Assembly (NCBI RefSeq): GCF_963921235.1
Contig: NC_086097.1
Coordinates: 148,864,001-148,928,000 of the forward strand
Reading direction: 5' to 3'
DNA length: 64,000 bases
Source of the DNA: Mobula hypostoma
Taxonomy: Eukaryota
The notes beneath the pieces are model-generated. The model was not told the DNA's origin and made no database searches. It saw only the letters and a list, made by a program, of their open reading frames with translations. The position numbers were made by a program, and so were the translations under genes. Positions 27,137 through 39,679 of this stretch are shown here, piece after piece. Position 1 is the first letter of the stretch. Each line of letters opens with the position of its first letter.

Positions 27137-27818
27137 CAAAAGGATCTAGTATATGATTAAACTCTTCTCTGGCTTCAAGCAGTGTATCAATTATAATCCT
27201 GGTGATCCTTCCAGAAACCATGGAAACATAGGGACAACAGGCATCTTTAAAGAATACCAGATTAATACCATCCACAAATCTGTAAGGAAGCTCAAGTAAC
27301 AGCTTATGTGAGACAATGATGACCTTGGACTTGGGTCAGCTGGAGTTTACAGGATTCCCTGTGAATGTGGAGCAGCGTATATCAGTCTGATAGGATGCAC
27401 AGTGGAAATACGCATCAAGGAGCACGAGGCGTATCTATTTGGGTTACCTGGAGAAATCAGTGGTAGCAGAACACTGCACTCGCAATGGCCATAGAACTGA
27501 CTTCAATGGTACAAAACTACTGTGCTGTGCCAATCACTTTTGGGACCACCTGGTAAATGAAGCCATTGAAATAAAACTAGAGGAAAAGAAGTTTAACAAA
27601 GACAAAAGTCTCGCTCTAATTAAGAACTGAACCAGGGTGGGAGAGCAGAAAATTGGGTGAGGACTAACCAACTTGGGGACTGAATACAGGGGTGTACATG
27701 TACGCCAGACTAGACATGCCCAGGCATCATCCCTGAAGAAGATAGCAGAGTTTGTCATCGTAACGTCGTTTATAATCGATACCTGTACATGACTTGAAAC
27801 CAGAGAAGAGTATATTTG
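27137..27818 (+). mobile_element. Penelope-like element fragment (GIY-YIG endonuclease) with inverted terminal piece
   Basis: GVYRIPCECGAAYI...RIKEH and KSVVAEHC...EAIEIK. Ends are mutually inverted (aaactcttctctggcttcaag / cttgaaaccagagaagagta). Near-perfect 14-bp TSD ACACTAGAC(C/T)ACTG. Confidence 0.8.
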
Positions 27819-28393
27819 ACACTAGACTACTGTTAAACTAAGATGAGGAATATCTACTGTTCCATGCCAGAACACATTTCAATAAATCTGATCACTTCTT
27901 GACAACCCTTCTCCTACCTACAAACAGGCAGAGGCTAAAGAGCAAAGCTCCAGAGATTAGGGCAACAAAGAAGTTGAGAGGAGTGGCTAAGGGATTGCTT
28001 TGAGTCAATGAACTTGTCCGTTCTCAAGGACTTATCTACAGATCTGAATGAATACACCAGAGCTGCTACGGATTTTAAAAACAGTTGTAGACAAGTGTTT
28101 CCCCACAAAATCATTCAGAGTCTACCCCAATCAAAGCCCTGGATGAGCTATGAAATCTGTACTCTGCTGAGGGCCAGATCAGAGGCTGGTGACCAAGAAA
28201 GTTACAGAGGTCCAGGGTATAATTTCTGGAAAGCCGATACATGGTTGAAATGGCAATTCTGGACTAAACTTGAATCAAGGAAAGATGCTCAATAATTGTG
28301 GCAGGGCTTGAATGCTACCACCTCGTATTAAGTAAAGTAAGTGACACAGGCAACAGCTGGGCTTCACTTGCAAATCAGCTTAATGCCTTCTGT

Positions 28394-30174
28394 CAACACA
28401 CATCAAAGTTGCTGGTGAATGCAGCAGGCCAGGCAGCATCTCTAGGAAGAGGTACAGTCGATGTTTCAGGCTGAGACCCTTCGTAGGGACTAACTGAAGG
28501 AAGAGTTAGTAAGAGATTTGAGAGGGGGAGGGGGAGATCCAAAATGATAGGAGAAGACAGGAGGGGGAGGGATGGAGCCAAGAGCTGGACAGGTGATTGG
28601 CAAAGGGGATATGAGAGGATCATGGGACAGGAGGCCCAGGGAGAAAGACAAGGGGGGGGGGGGACCACAGAGGATGAGCAAGGGGCATAGTCAGAGGGAG
28701 AGAAAGGAGAGTGAGAGAAAGAATGTGTGTATAAAAATAAATAACAGATGGGGTACAAGGGGGAGGTGGGGCATTAGCGGAAGTTAGAGAAGTCGATGTT
28801 CATGCCATCAGGTTGGAGGCTACCCAGACGGAATATAAGGTGTTGTTCCTCCAACCTGAGTATGGCTTCATCTTTACAGTAGAGGAGGCCGTGGATAGAC
28901 ATGTCAGAATGGGAATGGGATGTGGAATTAAAATGTGTGGCCACTGGGAGATCCTGCTTTCTCTGGCGGACAGAGCGTAGGTGTTCAGCAAAGCGGTCTC
29001 CCAGTCTGCGTCAGGTCTCGCCAATATATAGAAGGCCACATCGGGAGCACCGGACGCAGTATATCACCCCAGTCGACTCACAGGTGAAGTGTCGCCTCAC
29101 CTGGAAGGACTGTTTGGGGCCCTGAATGGTGGCAAGGGAGGAAGTGTAAGGGCATGTGTAGCACTTGTTCTGCTTACAAGGATAAGTGCCGGGAGGGATG
29201 GGGGGGATGAATAGACAAGGAAGTCGCGTAGGGAGCGATCCCTGCGGAAAGCGGGGCGGGGGGCGGGGAGGGAAAGATGTGCTCAGTGGTGGGATCCCGT
29301 TGGAGGTGGCGGAAGTTACGGAGAATAATATGTTGGACCCGGAGGCTGGTTGGGTGGTACGTGAGGACCGGGGAACCCTATTCCTACTGGGGTGGTGGGA
29401 GGATGGAGTGAGAGCAGATGTACGTGAAATGGGGGAGATGCATTTGAGAGCAGAGTTGATAGCGGAGGAAGGGAAGCCCCTTTCTTTAAAAAAGGAGGAC
29501 ATCTCCCTCGTCCTGGAATGAAAAGCCTCATCCTGAGAGCAGATGCGGCAGAGACGGAGGAATTGCAAGAAGGGGATGGCATTTTTGCAAGAGACCAGGT
29601 GAGAAGAGGAATAGTCCAGATAGCTGTGAGAGTCAGTAGGCTTATAGTAGACATCAGTGGATAAGCTGTCTCCAGAGACAGAGACAGAAAGATCTAGAAA
29701 GGGGAGGGAGGTGTCGGAAATGGACCAGGTAAACTTGAGGGCAGGGTGAAAGTTGGAAGCAAAGTTAATAAAGTCAACGAGCTCAGCATGCATGCAGGAA
29801 GCAGCGCCAATGCAGTCGTCGATGTAGCGAAGGAAAAGTGGGGGACAGATACCAGAATAGGCACAGAACATAGATTGTTCCACAAAGCCAACAAAAAGGC
29901 AGGCATAGCTAGGACCCATACGGGTGCCCATAGCTACACCTTTAGTTTGGAGGAAGTGGGAGGAGCCGAAGGAGAAATTATTAAGAGTAAGGACTAATTC
30001 TGCTAGACGGAGCAGAGTGGTGGTAGAGGGGAACTGATTAGGTCTGGAATCCAAAAAGAAGCGGAGAGCTTTGAGACCTTCCTGATGGGGGATGGAAGTA
30101 TAAAGGGACTGGACATCCATGGTGAAAATAAAGTGGTGGGGGCCAACTTAAAATCATCGAAAAGTTTAAGAGCG
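28394..30174 (-). mobile_element. 5'-truncated Penelope-like element (RT + Cys motif + GIY-YIG) with 10-bp TSD
   Basis: DVQSLYTSIP, GVAMGTRMGPSYA, RYIDD, GVIYCVRCSRCGLLYIGET. TSD TGCCTTCTGT at 28384-28393 and 30175-30184. Confidence 0.92.
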
Positions 30175-32327
30175 TGCCTTCTGTGCTCCTTTTGACAGTC
30201 AAAACATGGAGAAACCATCACGAACTCCCACAGCCCCCAGTGATCCTGTGATTTCAGTCTGAGGCTGACATGCTAGCAGCCTTCAGTGGGGTAAACACAC
30301 AAGAAGCAAATGGACTGAAGGAGTATCTGGCCAAGTACAAAAGATGTATGCTGATCAACTTGCTGGAGTTTTCACTGAGCTCCTTAACCTCTTGCTTTGG
30401 CATTCTGATGTACTCACCTGCTTCAAGCAGGCTTCACTTTTTCCGTAATCAGCTCAATGACCATCGTCCAATAGCACTTGCATCCACTGTGATTAAATGT
30501 TTTGAGAGGTTGGTGATTAAAACAGATCAACTCCTGCCTGAGAAGATAATTGGATTCACTTCAGTTTGCCTACTGGCACAACAGGTCCACAGCAGATGCC
30601 ATCTCATTGACTCAGCTCTGGAACATCTGGACAGCAAAGATGCATGGACCTCTTTATCGACTGCAGCTCAGCATTCAATACCATCATCCCCTCAAAACTA
30701 ATCAGTAAGCTGGAAAACCCTGGCCTCGTTACCTCCCTGTACAATTAGATCTTTGATTTACTCATTTGCAGATCCCAGTAGGTTTGGATTAGCAACAACA
30801 TCTCCACAATCTCCATCAGCACAGGTGCCCCACAAGGCTGTCTGCTTAGCCCTGCTGTACTTGCTTTATACTTGTGACTGTGTGGTAATGCCATATTCAA
30901 GTTTGTTGATGACAAAAACTGAATCAAAGGTCGTGATGGCTCAGCACATAGGAGAGAGATTGAAAATCTGGCTGAGTGGTACCACAACAAAAACCTCTAC
31001 TCAATGCCAGCAAGACCAAGGAGCTGATCATTGATTTCAGGAGGAGAAGACCAGAGATCTATGAGCCAGTCCTCATCAGAGGTGGAGACAGTCAGCAGCT
31101 TTAAATGCCTTTTGTTATTTTGGAGGACTTGTACTGGACTTGAGTAAGTGGCATTATGAAGAAAGCAAGGCAGCACCTCTTCTTCCTTAGAAGTTTGCAA
31201 AGATTTGATAAACTTCTATAGATGTGTGCTGGAAGGGTTCATTGACTGGTTGTATCATGGCCTGATATGGAAACACCAATGCCCTTGAACAGCAAATCTT
31301 TTTATATATATAAAAAAAATAGTGGATGAGGTCCAGTCCATCACAGGTAAAGCCCTCCCCACCACAGAGCACATCTTTGCAGAGCATTTTCACAGGAAAG
31401 CAGCATCCATTGTTCAGGACCCCCACCACCCAGGTCCTGCTGTCTTCTTGCTGCCATCAAGAAGCAGATACAGGAGTCTCAGGACTTGCACAAGCAGGTT
31501 CAGGAACTGTTGTTAACCTTCATCCATTGGACTCTTGAACCAGAGGGGATAATGTCACTTAACTTCACTTACTCCATCACTGAAATGTTACAACAACCTG
31601 TTGGCTCACTTTTAAGGACTCTTCCGCTCGTTCTCAAAATTGATTGCTTGTTTATTTATTAATATTTCTTTCCTATTGGCACCGTTTGTTGTCTTTTGTA
31701 CACTGGTTGGATGCTCAGGTTGCTGTGGTCTTTCATTGATTCTATTACGGTTATTCTATTATGGATTTATGGTTATGGTTTTTGGAATTATTGAGTAAGC
31801 CTGCAAGAAAATGAGTGTGTTATATATGGTGACATATATTTGCTTTGAACTTTGATATCGCTTGTGAAACTTCAAAGCTGTGCCTCATATTTAATGGCAA
31901 TGGAAGTAGAAATGTATCCCACAGAAAAATAAATTTAGGTAATTGGCATAGAATCTTGAACTTGCATCTTCATGTTTCTGAAGTAAAGGTGCTATGATTG
32001 AGGCTAGTATTAACTGCCACTTCAGGCTTTATTGCATCAGTAATTTTGGAAATTCTGTAGAAATAAGAATATACAAGATTTGAAATTCACACTTTAATGG
32101 CAGCATCTAAAAAATGTATGATGTTTTGCAAAGAAATATTCTAAAATGATTCAAAATATTGAAGCTACCAACAATAACTGAAGCTGTTCCTTCTTACCTT
32201 TCATACTCCTTGTCTGCTCATATAACAAATCTTAATAGGAACTGAAGGTGAGGGTAGTTTTTGTCTGCAGGGTCAGTTATCGTGTACACATTTTTTGTGT
32301 GGTGTGGGGAACTAAATTAGTAGAGCC

Positions 32328-32337
32328 ACAGGAAGTG
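32328..32337 (+). promoter_or_regulatory. ETS/GABP-like site about 100 bp upstream of the presequence exon
   Basis: ACAGGAAGTG motif match only. Confidence 0.25.
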
Positions 32338-32434
32338 TTTCTTAGTTGAAAGTTCAAAACAGAATGACAAGTATTTTATCAATAGTATTTCGAAGGGAGC
32401 CTAGGCATAGGGCTATCAACCCTAAGCCAGTGTT

Positions 32435-32565
32435 ATGCTCAGAGCTGTGATCTCTATGACAAAAGTTGCTTTTATTAACTTCAACATTAGGCATGCTTGC
32501 TTATCTTGGAGCACTGTAAGAAGCACAATTACTCTTGTTCGGAGTTTACATTTTGCATTGAAGAG
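32435..32565 (+). CDS. TOP1MT: Putative alternative first coding exon with mitochondrial targeting presequence (MLRAVISMTKVAFINFNIRHACLSWSTVRSTITLVRSLHFALK-R)
   Basis: ATG at 32435 with an in-frame TAA at 32423. 43 codons with no D/E, rich in R/K/S/T/L. Perfect AG|GTAAGT donor in phase 2, giving R-WEEE on joining 38759. Lies in unique, non-repeat sequence. Confidence 0.75.
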
Positions 32566-33097
32566 GTAAGTTGCAGCTTTCAGTTCTGCAGCAAGTGGGA
32601 ATTGCTTAGTAACAGATTGTTTTCAAAAACCAAGCTGTCTATCAATATTTATTAGTTCAGTCATTTCTAATTTATTTTATGCTGGTGAATGTAAAGGGAA
32701 ACTGTGCAGTTAATAACAGGACCTCTGACAGTGGTGATGTGTAGTAGGATTGTAGAGTTGAAGTTTGCAGTTCCCTGAAAGCGACTGCACGGTTTGATAG
32801 GGTAGTAAAGAGTATAGCATTCTAGCTGTGTGGGGGCTTTGGAGAGGGTGCAGAAGAGGTTTTTTAGGATGCTGCCTGGATTATTTACCCTTTCTTCCTC
32901 TCTTTCTCCCCCCCCCCCCACTATTTTTCCATTTCTCATTGTGATTACCCTCTCACCCTATCCATCACCTCCCTCTTGGCCTGAAACATCAACTTTTTAT
33001 TCCTTTCCTAGGATACTGTCCAACCTGTTGAGTGTATGTACCTCCCTCTGTTTCTCCTTCCCTTCTTTCCATGGTTCACCGCCTGTAAAGAAATTAT

Positions 33098-33724
33098 ACT
33101 GCCCATGAAAAGTATTCCCCCCCCCCCCGGAAGTGTTCATGCTTTAATGTTCTACAGCACTGAATCAGTGGATTTAATTTTTTTTTTATATACTGATCAA
33201 CAGAAAAAGACCCTTTTTGTTTCAAAGTGAAGACAGATCTCTACAAAGTGAGCTAAATTAATAACAAATACAAAACACAATAATTGCATAAGTATTCACC
33301 TCGCGCCCCCCCGCCCCAGTATGACACACCAAATCACTGGTGCAGCAGTTGGTTTTAGAAGTCATATAATTAGTTAAATTGAGATGGTTTTTAAAGACCT
33401 TTGTACAGTCCAGGTGTTTCACTGATTGCAGTAAAGCTGATTGAGACCTATCCATATAGACTCAAGACTGTAATTGCTGCCAAAGGTGCATCTACTAAAT
33501 ACTGACTTGAAGGGGTGAATGTTTTTGCAGTTTGTATTTATATTAATTTTATATTTGTAATTAATTCAGATCATTTTGTAGAGATCTGTTTTCACTTTGA
33601 CATGAAGGAGTCTTATTCTGTTGATCAGTGTCAAAAAAAGCCAAATTAAATCCACTGTAATTCAATGTTGTAAAACAATAAAGCATAAAAACTTCCAGAG
33701 GGGGAGGTGAATACTTTTTATAGG
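33098..33724. mobile_element. Non-autonomous Tc1-like DNA transposon with about 200-bp inverted repeats
   Basis: AAAAGTATTC-Cn...GTGGATTTAATT...CAGATCTCTACAAA on the left mirrors TTTGTAGAGATCTG...AATTAAATCCAC...GAATACTTTT on the right. No ORF. Confidence 0.75.
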
Positions 33725-34566
33725 TTGGGTAAATTTTTTCTTTAGCCCTTTACCTCTTCCACCTATACCCTCCCAGTTTCTCACTTCATCCCCTCCCCCA
33801 GTCATGCACCTCCCACTCATCTGGTCTCACCTATCATCTGCTGCCAGCATTTACCTTCTCCCCCCAACCCCCACACCTTATTCTGGCTTCTGCCCCCTTT
33901 CCTTTTGAGACCTGATGAAGGATCTCAGCCTGAAACATAGACTGTTTATTCCCTGCATGCTTCCTGACTTCAGTTCAACCAGCAGTTTGTGCCTGTTGCT
34001 CAAGATTTTCAGCATCTGGAGGATCTTGTGTGTATAGCATGCATGGCTTTATTAATTGAGGCAATGAGTTAAGAGTCAGGAAGTTGTGTGTTGCAGGTTT
34101 ATAAAACTGATCTACCTGCATCAAAGGGATTGCATTCAATTGTGATTGCCTCATAATAGGGGAAGAATGTGGTGGCTTTGGACAGGGTGCAGAAGAGGTT
34201 TTCCAGAATGTTGCTTAGTGGGCATGTGCTTAAAAGGAGAAGTTAGGCAAACGTGTTGGTTTTTCTGGAATGGCAGAAGCTGAGGGGAGTCTGGATGGAA
34301 GTATATAAAATTGAGAGACCTAGATAGACAGCCAGTATAATTTTTCCTGGGTTAAAATACTTACACACAGGAACACTGCTCAGCCCAAAATGAATGGGGG
34401 AAAGTTCAAAAGACAACTGTTAGCATAGAGTAATGGATTCCTGGATGTGCTATCAAGGGTTATGGTGGAGTCAGACATGATGGGGGCATTTAAGAGGATC
34501 CTAGGTATATAAATGTGCATCAAAAGGAGGGATGTGGTCCACATGCAGAAGGATTTAAAAAGAGAT

Positions 34567-37400
34567 CGTGGGAGATTTTAATTTTCCACACATTGACTGG
34601 GAAGCCGATACTGTAAAAGGGCTGGATGGTTTGGAGATTGTAAAATGTGTGCAGGATAGTTTTTTGCAGCAATACATAGAGGTACCAACTAGAGAAGGGG
34701 CAGTGTTGGATCTCCTGTTAGGGAATGAGATAGGTCAAGTGACGGAGGTTTGTGTTGGGGAGCACTTAGGGTCCAGTGATCACAATGCTATTAGTTTCAA
34801 TATAATTATGGAGAAGGATAGGTCTAGACCCAGGGTTGAGATTTTTGATTGGAGAAAGGCTAACTTTGAGGAAATGCAAAAGGATTTAGAAGGAGTGGAT
34901 TGGGACAATTTGTTTTATGGGAAGAATGTAATAGAGAAATGGAGGTCATTTAAAGGTGAAATTTTGAGGGTACAGAATGTTCCTGTTAGGTTGAAAGGAA
35001 AGGTTAAAAGTTTGAGAGAGCCATGGTTTTCAAGGGATATTGGAAACTTGGCTCAGAAAAAGAGAGATATCTACAATAAGTATAGGCAGCATGGAGTAAA
35101 TGAGGTGTTCGAGGAATATAAAGAATGTAGAAAGAATCTTAAGAAAGAAATTAGAAGAGCTAAAAGAAGGTATAAGGTTGCTTTGGCAAGTAAGCTGAAA
35201 ATAAATCCCATGGGTTTCTACAGTTATATTAATAGCAAAAGGATAGTGAGGAATAAAATTGGTCCCTTAGAGAATCAGAGTGGAGAGTTATGTGTGGAGC
35301 CAAAAGAGATGGGGGAGATTCTGAACAATTTCTTTTCTTCGCTATTCACGAAGGAGAAGGACATTGAATTGTGTAAGGTAAAGGAAACAAGAAGGGTAGT
35401 TATGGAAAGTATGACAATTAAAGAAGAGGAAGTACTGGCGCTTTTAAGGAATATAAAAGTGGATAAGTCTCCGGGTCCTGACAGGATATTCCCTAGGACC
35501 TTGAGGGAAGTTAGTGTGGAAATAGCAGGGGCTCTGACAGAAATATTTCAAATACTTTATACTTTATTGTCGCCAAACAATCGATACTAGAATATACAAT
35601 CATCACAGCGATATTTGATTCTGCACTTCCCACTCCCTGGATTACAAATATTAAATATTAAAAATAGTAAAAAAAAATAGTAAATATTAAACACTTAAAT
35701 TATAAATCATAAATAAAAAATAGAAAAATGGAAAGTAAGGTAGTGCAAAAAACTGAGAGGCAGGTCCAGGTATTTGGAGGGTCAGGATCCATTCAGCAGT
35801 CTTATCACAGTTGGAAAGAAGCTGTTCCCAAATATGGCCGTACGAGTCTTCAAGCTCCTGAGTTTTCTCCCGGAGGGAAGAGGGACGAAAAGTGTATTGG
35901 CTGGGTGGGTCGTGTCCTTGATTATCCTGGTAGCACTGCTCCAACAGCGTGCGGTATAGATGTCATTAGAAACAGGGATGGTGCCGGAGGATTGGTGTAT
36001 TTACTCATGTTGTTCCATTGTTTACAAAGGGTTCTGAGAGTAAACCTAGCAATTATCGGCCTCTGAGTTTGATGTCAGTGGTGGGTAAATTAATGGAAAG
36101 TATTCTTAGAGATGGTATATATAATTATCTGGATAGACAGGGTCTGATTAGGAACAGTCAACATGGGTTTGTGCGTGGAAGGTCATGTTTGAATTTTTTG
36201 AAGAGGTTACTGGGAAAGTTGAGGGTAAAGCGGTGGATGTTGTCTATGTGGACTTCAGTAAGGCCTTTGACAAGATTCCACATGGCAGGTTAGTTAAGAA
36301 GGTTCAATCGTTAGGTATTAATATTGAAGTAGTAAAATGGATTCAGCAGTGGCTGGATAGGAGACACCAGAGAGTATGGTGGATAACTGTTTGTCAGGTT
36401 GGAGGCCGGCGACAAGTGGTGTGCCTCAGGAATCTGTACTGGGTCCAAAGTTGTTTGTCATATACATTAATGATCTGGATAATCAGATGAATAAGTATGC
36501 AGATGATACTAAGATAGGTGGAGTTGTGGTTAATGAAGTAGGTTTTCAAAGCTTGCAGAGAGATATAGGCCAGTTGGAAGAGTGGGCTGAAAGATGGCAG
36601 ATGGAGTTTAATGCTGATAAATGTGAGGTGCTACATTTTAGTAGGACTAATCAAAATAGGACATACATGGTAAATGGTAGGGCATTGAAGAATGCAGTAG
36701 AACAGAGGGATCTAGGAATAATGGTGCATAGTTCCCTGAAGGTGGAATCTCATGTGGATAGGGTGGTGAAGAAAGCTTTTGGTATGCTGGCCTTTATTAA
36801 TCAGAGCATTGAGTATAGGAGTTGGGATGTAATGTTGAAATTGTACAAGACATTGGTGAGGCCAAATTTGGAGTATTGTGTACAGTTTTGGTCACCGAAT
36901 TATAGGAAAGATGTCAACAAAATAGAGTACAGAGAAGATTTACTAGAATGTTACCTGGGTTTCATCATCTAAGTTACAGAGAAAAGTTGAACAAGTTGGG
37001 TCTTTATTCTTTGAAACGTAGGAGGTTGAGGGGGTCTTGATAGAGGTATTTAAAATTATGAGGGGATAGATAGAGTTGACGTGAATAGGCTTTTTCCACT
37101 GAGGGGGGGAGATTCAAACAAGAGGACATGAGTTGAGAGTTAAAGGGCAAAAGTTTAGGGGTAACATGAGGAGGAACTTCTTTACTCAGAGAGTGGTAGC
37201 TGTGTGGAACGAGCTTCCAGCAGAAGTGGTTGAGGCAGGTTCGATGTTGTCAAGTAAAATTGGACAGCTATATGGATAGGAAAGGATTGGAGGGTTATGA
37301 GCTGAGTACAGGTCGGTGGGACTAGGTGAGAATAAGAGTTCGGCATGGACTAGAAGGGCCGAAATGGCCTGTTTCTGTGCTATAATTGTTAATCTGGTTA
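34567..37400 (+). mobile_element. 5'-truncated CR1 LINE interrupted by a Rex1-like fragment
   Basis: 340-aa ORF from GDFNFPHIDW to KSPGPD, resuming at about 35958 with NYRPLSL, DFSKAFD and KYADDTK. Confidence 0.92.
35551..35958 (-). mobile_element. Rex1/Babar-like 3' fragment inserted in CR1
   Basis: Minus strand encodes the ...NSFFPTVIRLLN terminus and an (ATAAAGT)n-type tail. Confidence 0.65.
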
Positions 37401-38758
37401 TATAGATTTAGGTTAATTAGGCAGCATTAGTTTAATTAGTTTGGCATAACATTGGGCTGAGCAGCTGTTCTTGTGCTATATTATTCTATGTTTTACTCCT
37501 GAAACTTTTTGTTTTCAGTCCTGAGATATATCAATTTATTGGTGAATGAATGTCATGTGAGACAAATAATTATGGGATGGAATTGTATTCACTACTAGAA
37601 TTGCAGCAGGTGTAGTCAGCTGAGAAATTACAGAAAATTAATTTAATGGACAAGCCTGAAGACTGCTTCAGAGAACCTACTTGACCAAGTGGTGCAAGGT
37701 TTTAAATAAAGTTGATACAAGCACCAAGCATTTTAAAGGCTTACTTTTGCATGAATTTCCCAAGGACAGCATAGATTACACAAATGACATTTATGAAAGT
37801 GCTGTCCAAACAAATGTTCTTTTCTTTATATCACTATGTATGTACAGGCTTCTGTCCATTGGTGTTTCAAATGCACCAAGGAGTTTGGCAATTATGTGGA
37901 TCATGCAAGTTGCAATAAGTCCCTACTTTTTTCCCCCAGTTTTCCCCAAAATCAAGGCACTATGCAATCCAATTTCTAAGTGTTATTTTTATCTTCCTCA
38001 GTGGTAGTAGAATGTGTATTTCATTTAACTCTGAATGTATCCAGTGAGCATAGCATTTGAACATATTTATAGACAGTATTTTAGCTTAGGGAACAGTTTT
38101 CACATTCAAACTAGCTAATAATCAAATGATGTATCTGAACTGCAAGTTTTTTTTTAAATGACAGTCTAACTATTCTAGGATCAAGGACTGACTTCTGAAA
38201 CATTAAAGACGCATTCCGATATAATCACAGGGGCAAACACTTGTCCAGAGATTATCTCCTTTACTGGTTAGTGCAGCAGCAGAACTGCACTGTCTCAATA
38301 AACAGGATAAATGGACAATAAAAAGGCTAAGGGCTGTAATCTCCAGCAAGTACAGTATTTCACAATTGAGAGGAGGGGTGGGAGGAAGAGTGTTTTCATG
38401 GGTTCAAGTGGTATAAATCTTGCCTCATAAATTTAATATAGTACATTTTGAAATTCTCCAAAGGCTGGGGACAGGAGTTGTATCATGGTCCAGCATTTGA
38501 AAAGGATAAAGTAAGTAATGTACCTGGATCCTTCACATCGTAACTTTTTAAACAAAAGGAGATTGTTCCTTGTGATCTTTCCAGATAAGTATTAGTGAAA
38601 GTTGTGAGTGCCCTCAGTAATGTATGGAAAATGATTTGGGTGTATTGAGAAATACTGATTGGTTGATAGTCTTTTCCTTCACTTAAACATTTGTTATTGG
38701 GGGGTAAAATAGTCTAACCTAACCTGCTCCCTGTGGAATTTGTACATTCTGTCATCAG

Positions 38759-38874
38759 GTGGGAAGAGGAAATCTATGGAGATGGTGTAAAATGGATGTT
38801 TCTGGAACATAAAGGTCCGTTATTTGCACCTGAATATGAGAACCTTCCCTCGGGCATCAATTTCTATTATGATG
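38759..38874 (+). CDS. TOP1MT: Topoisomerase IB core exon (WEEEIYGDGVKWMFLEHKGPLFAPEYENLPSGINFYYDG)
   Basis: cAG acceptor and G|GTGAGT donor. 116 bp. Conserved KW.FLEHKGP.FAP.YE.LP motif. Confidence 0.95.
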
Positions 38875-39062
38875 GTGAGTAGTATTGTGCTGCCAGTTTT
38901 TAATACACCAGTGGTCTGGGTTGGTTTGTAACAATATTCTAGAATTTGTCATTAAATAGAATAGTTGTAACAATTTAAGGTGAGGGGGAAAGTTAAATGG
39001 GATCTGAGGGGTAACTTTTTCATGCAGAGGGTTGGTGGTGAACATCGGGAATGAACTGTCAG

Positions 39063-39679
39063 TCATAGTCATACTTTATTGATTCCGGAGGAAATTGGTT
39101 TTCGTTACAGTTGCACCATAAATAATAAACAGTAATAGAACCATAAATAGTTAAATAGTAATATGTAATTTATGCCAGTAAATTATGAAATAAGTCCAGG
39201 ACCAGCCTATTGGCTCAGGGTGTCTGGCCCGCCAAGGGAGGAATTGTAAAGTTTGATGGCCACAGGCAGGAATGACTTCCTATGACGTTCTGTGCTGCAT
39301 CTCGGTGGAATGAGTCTCGGGTTGAATGTACTCCTGTGCCCACCCAGTACATTACGTAGTGGATGGGAGACATTGTCCAAGATGGCATGCAACTTAGACA
39401 ACATACTCTTTTGAGACACCACCGTGAGAGAGTCCAGTTCCATCCCCACAACATCACTGGCCTTATGAATGAGTTTGTTGATCCTGTTGGTGTCTGCTAC
39501 CCTCAGCCTGCTGCCCCAGCATACAACAGCAAACATGATAGCACTGGCCACTACAGACTCATAGAACATCCTCAGCATGGTCCGGCAGATGTTAAAGGAC
39601 CTCAGTCTCCTCAGGAAATAGAGATGGCTCTGACCCTTCTTGTAGACAGCCTCAGTGTTCTTAGACCAGTCCAGTTTAT
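39063..39679 (-). mobile_element. Rex1/Babar-like 3' fragment nested in a CR1 3' remnant
   Basis: LYFLRRLRSFNI..FYESVVAS..VCWGS..SFLPVAIKLYN. Short TGTCAG duplication at both junctions. Confidence 0.8.

Larger units (their letters stand above)
26480..31855 (+). mobile_element. Degenerate Rex1/Babar-like LINE carrying two nested Penelope insertions
   Basis: APE CCVLCLMETWL..GGGVCF.INSRWC..LPREFTSV; RT DHRPIALASTVIKCFERLV and TGAPQGC; tail ending tttgaactttga. Confidence 0.75.

Noticed and set aside
38380..38416. Another possible phase-2 donor (TTCAAGTG|GTATAA) upstream of the first core exon
   Set aside because: Weaker donor, with no convincing start codon, acceptor or targeting-like peptide in frame.
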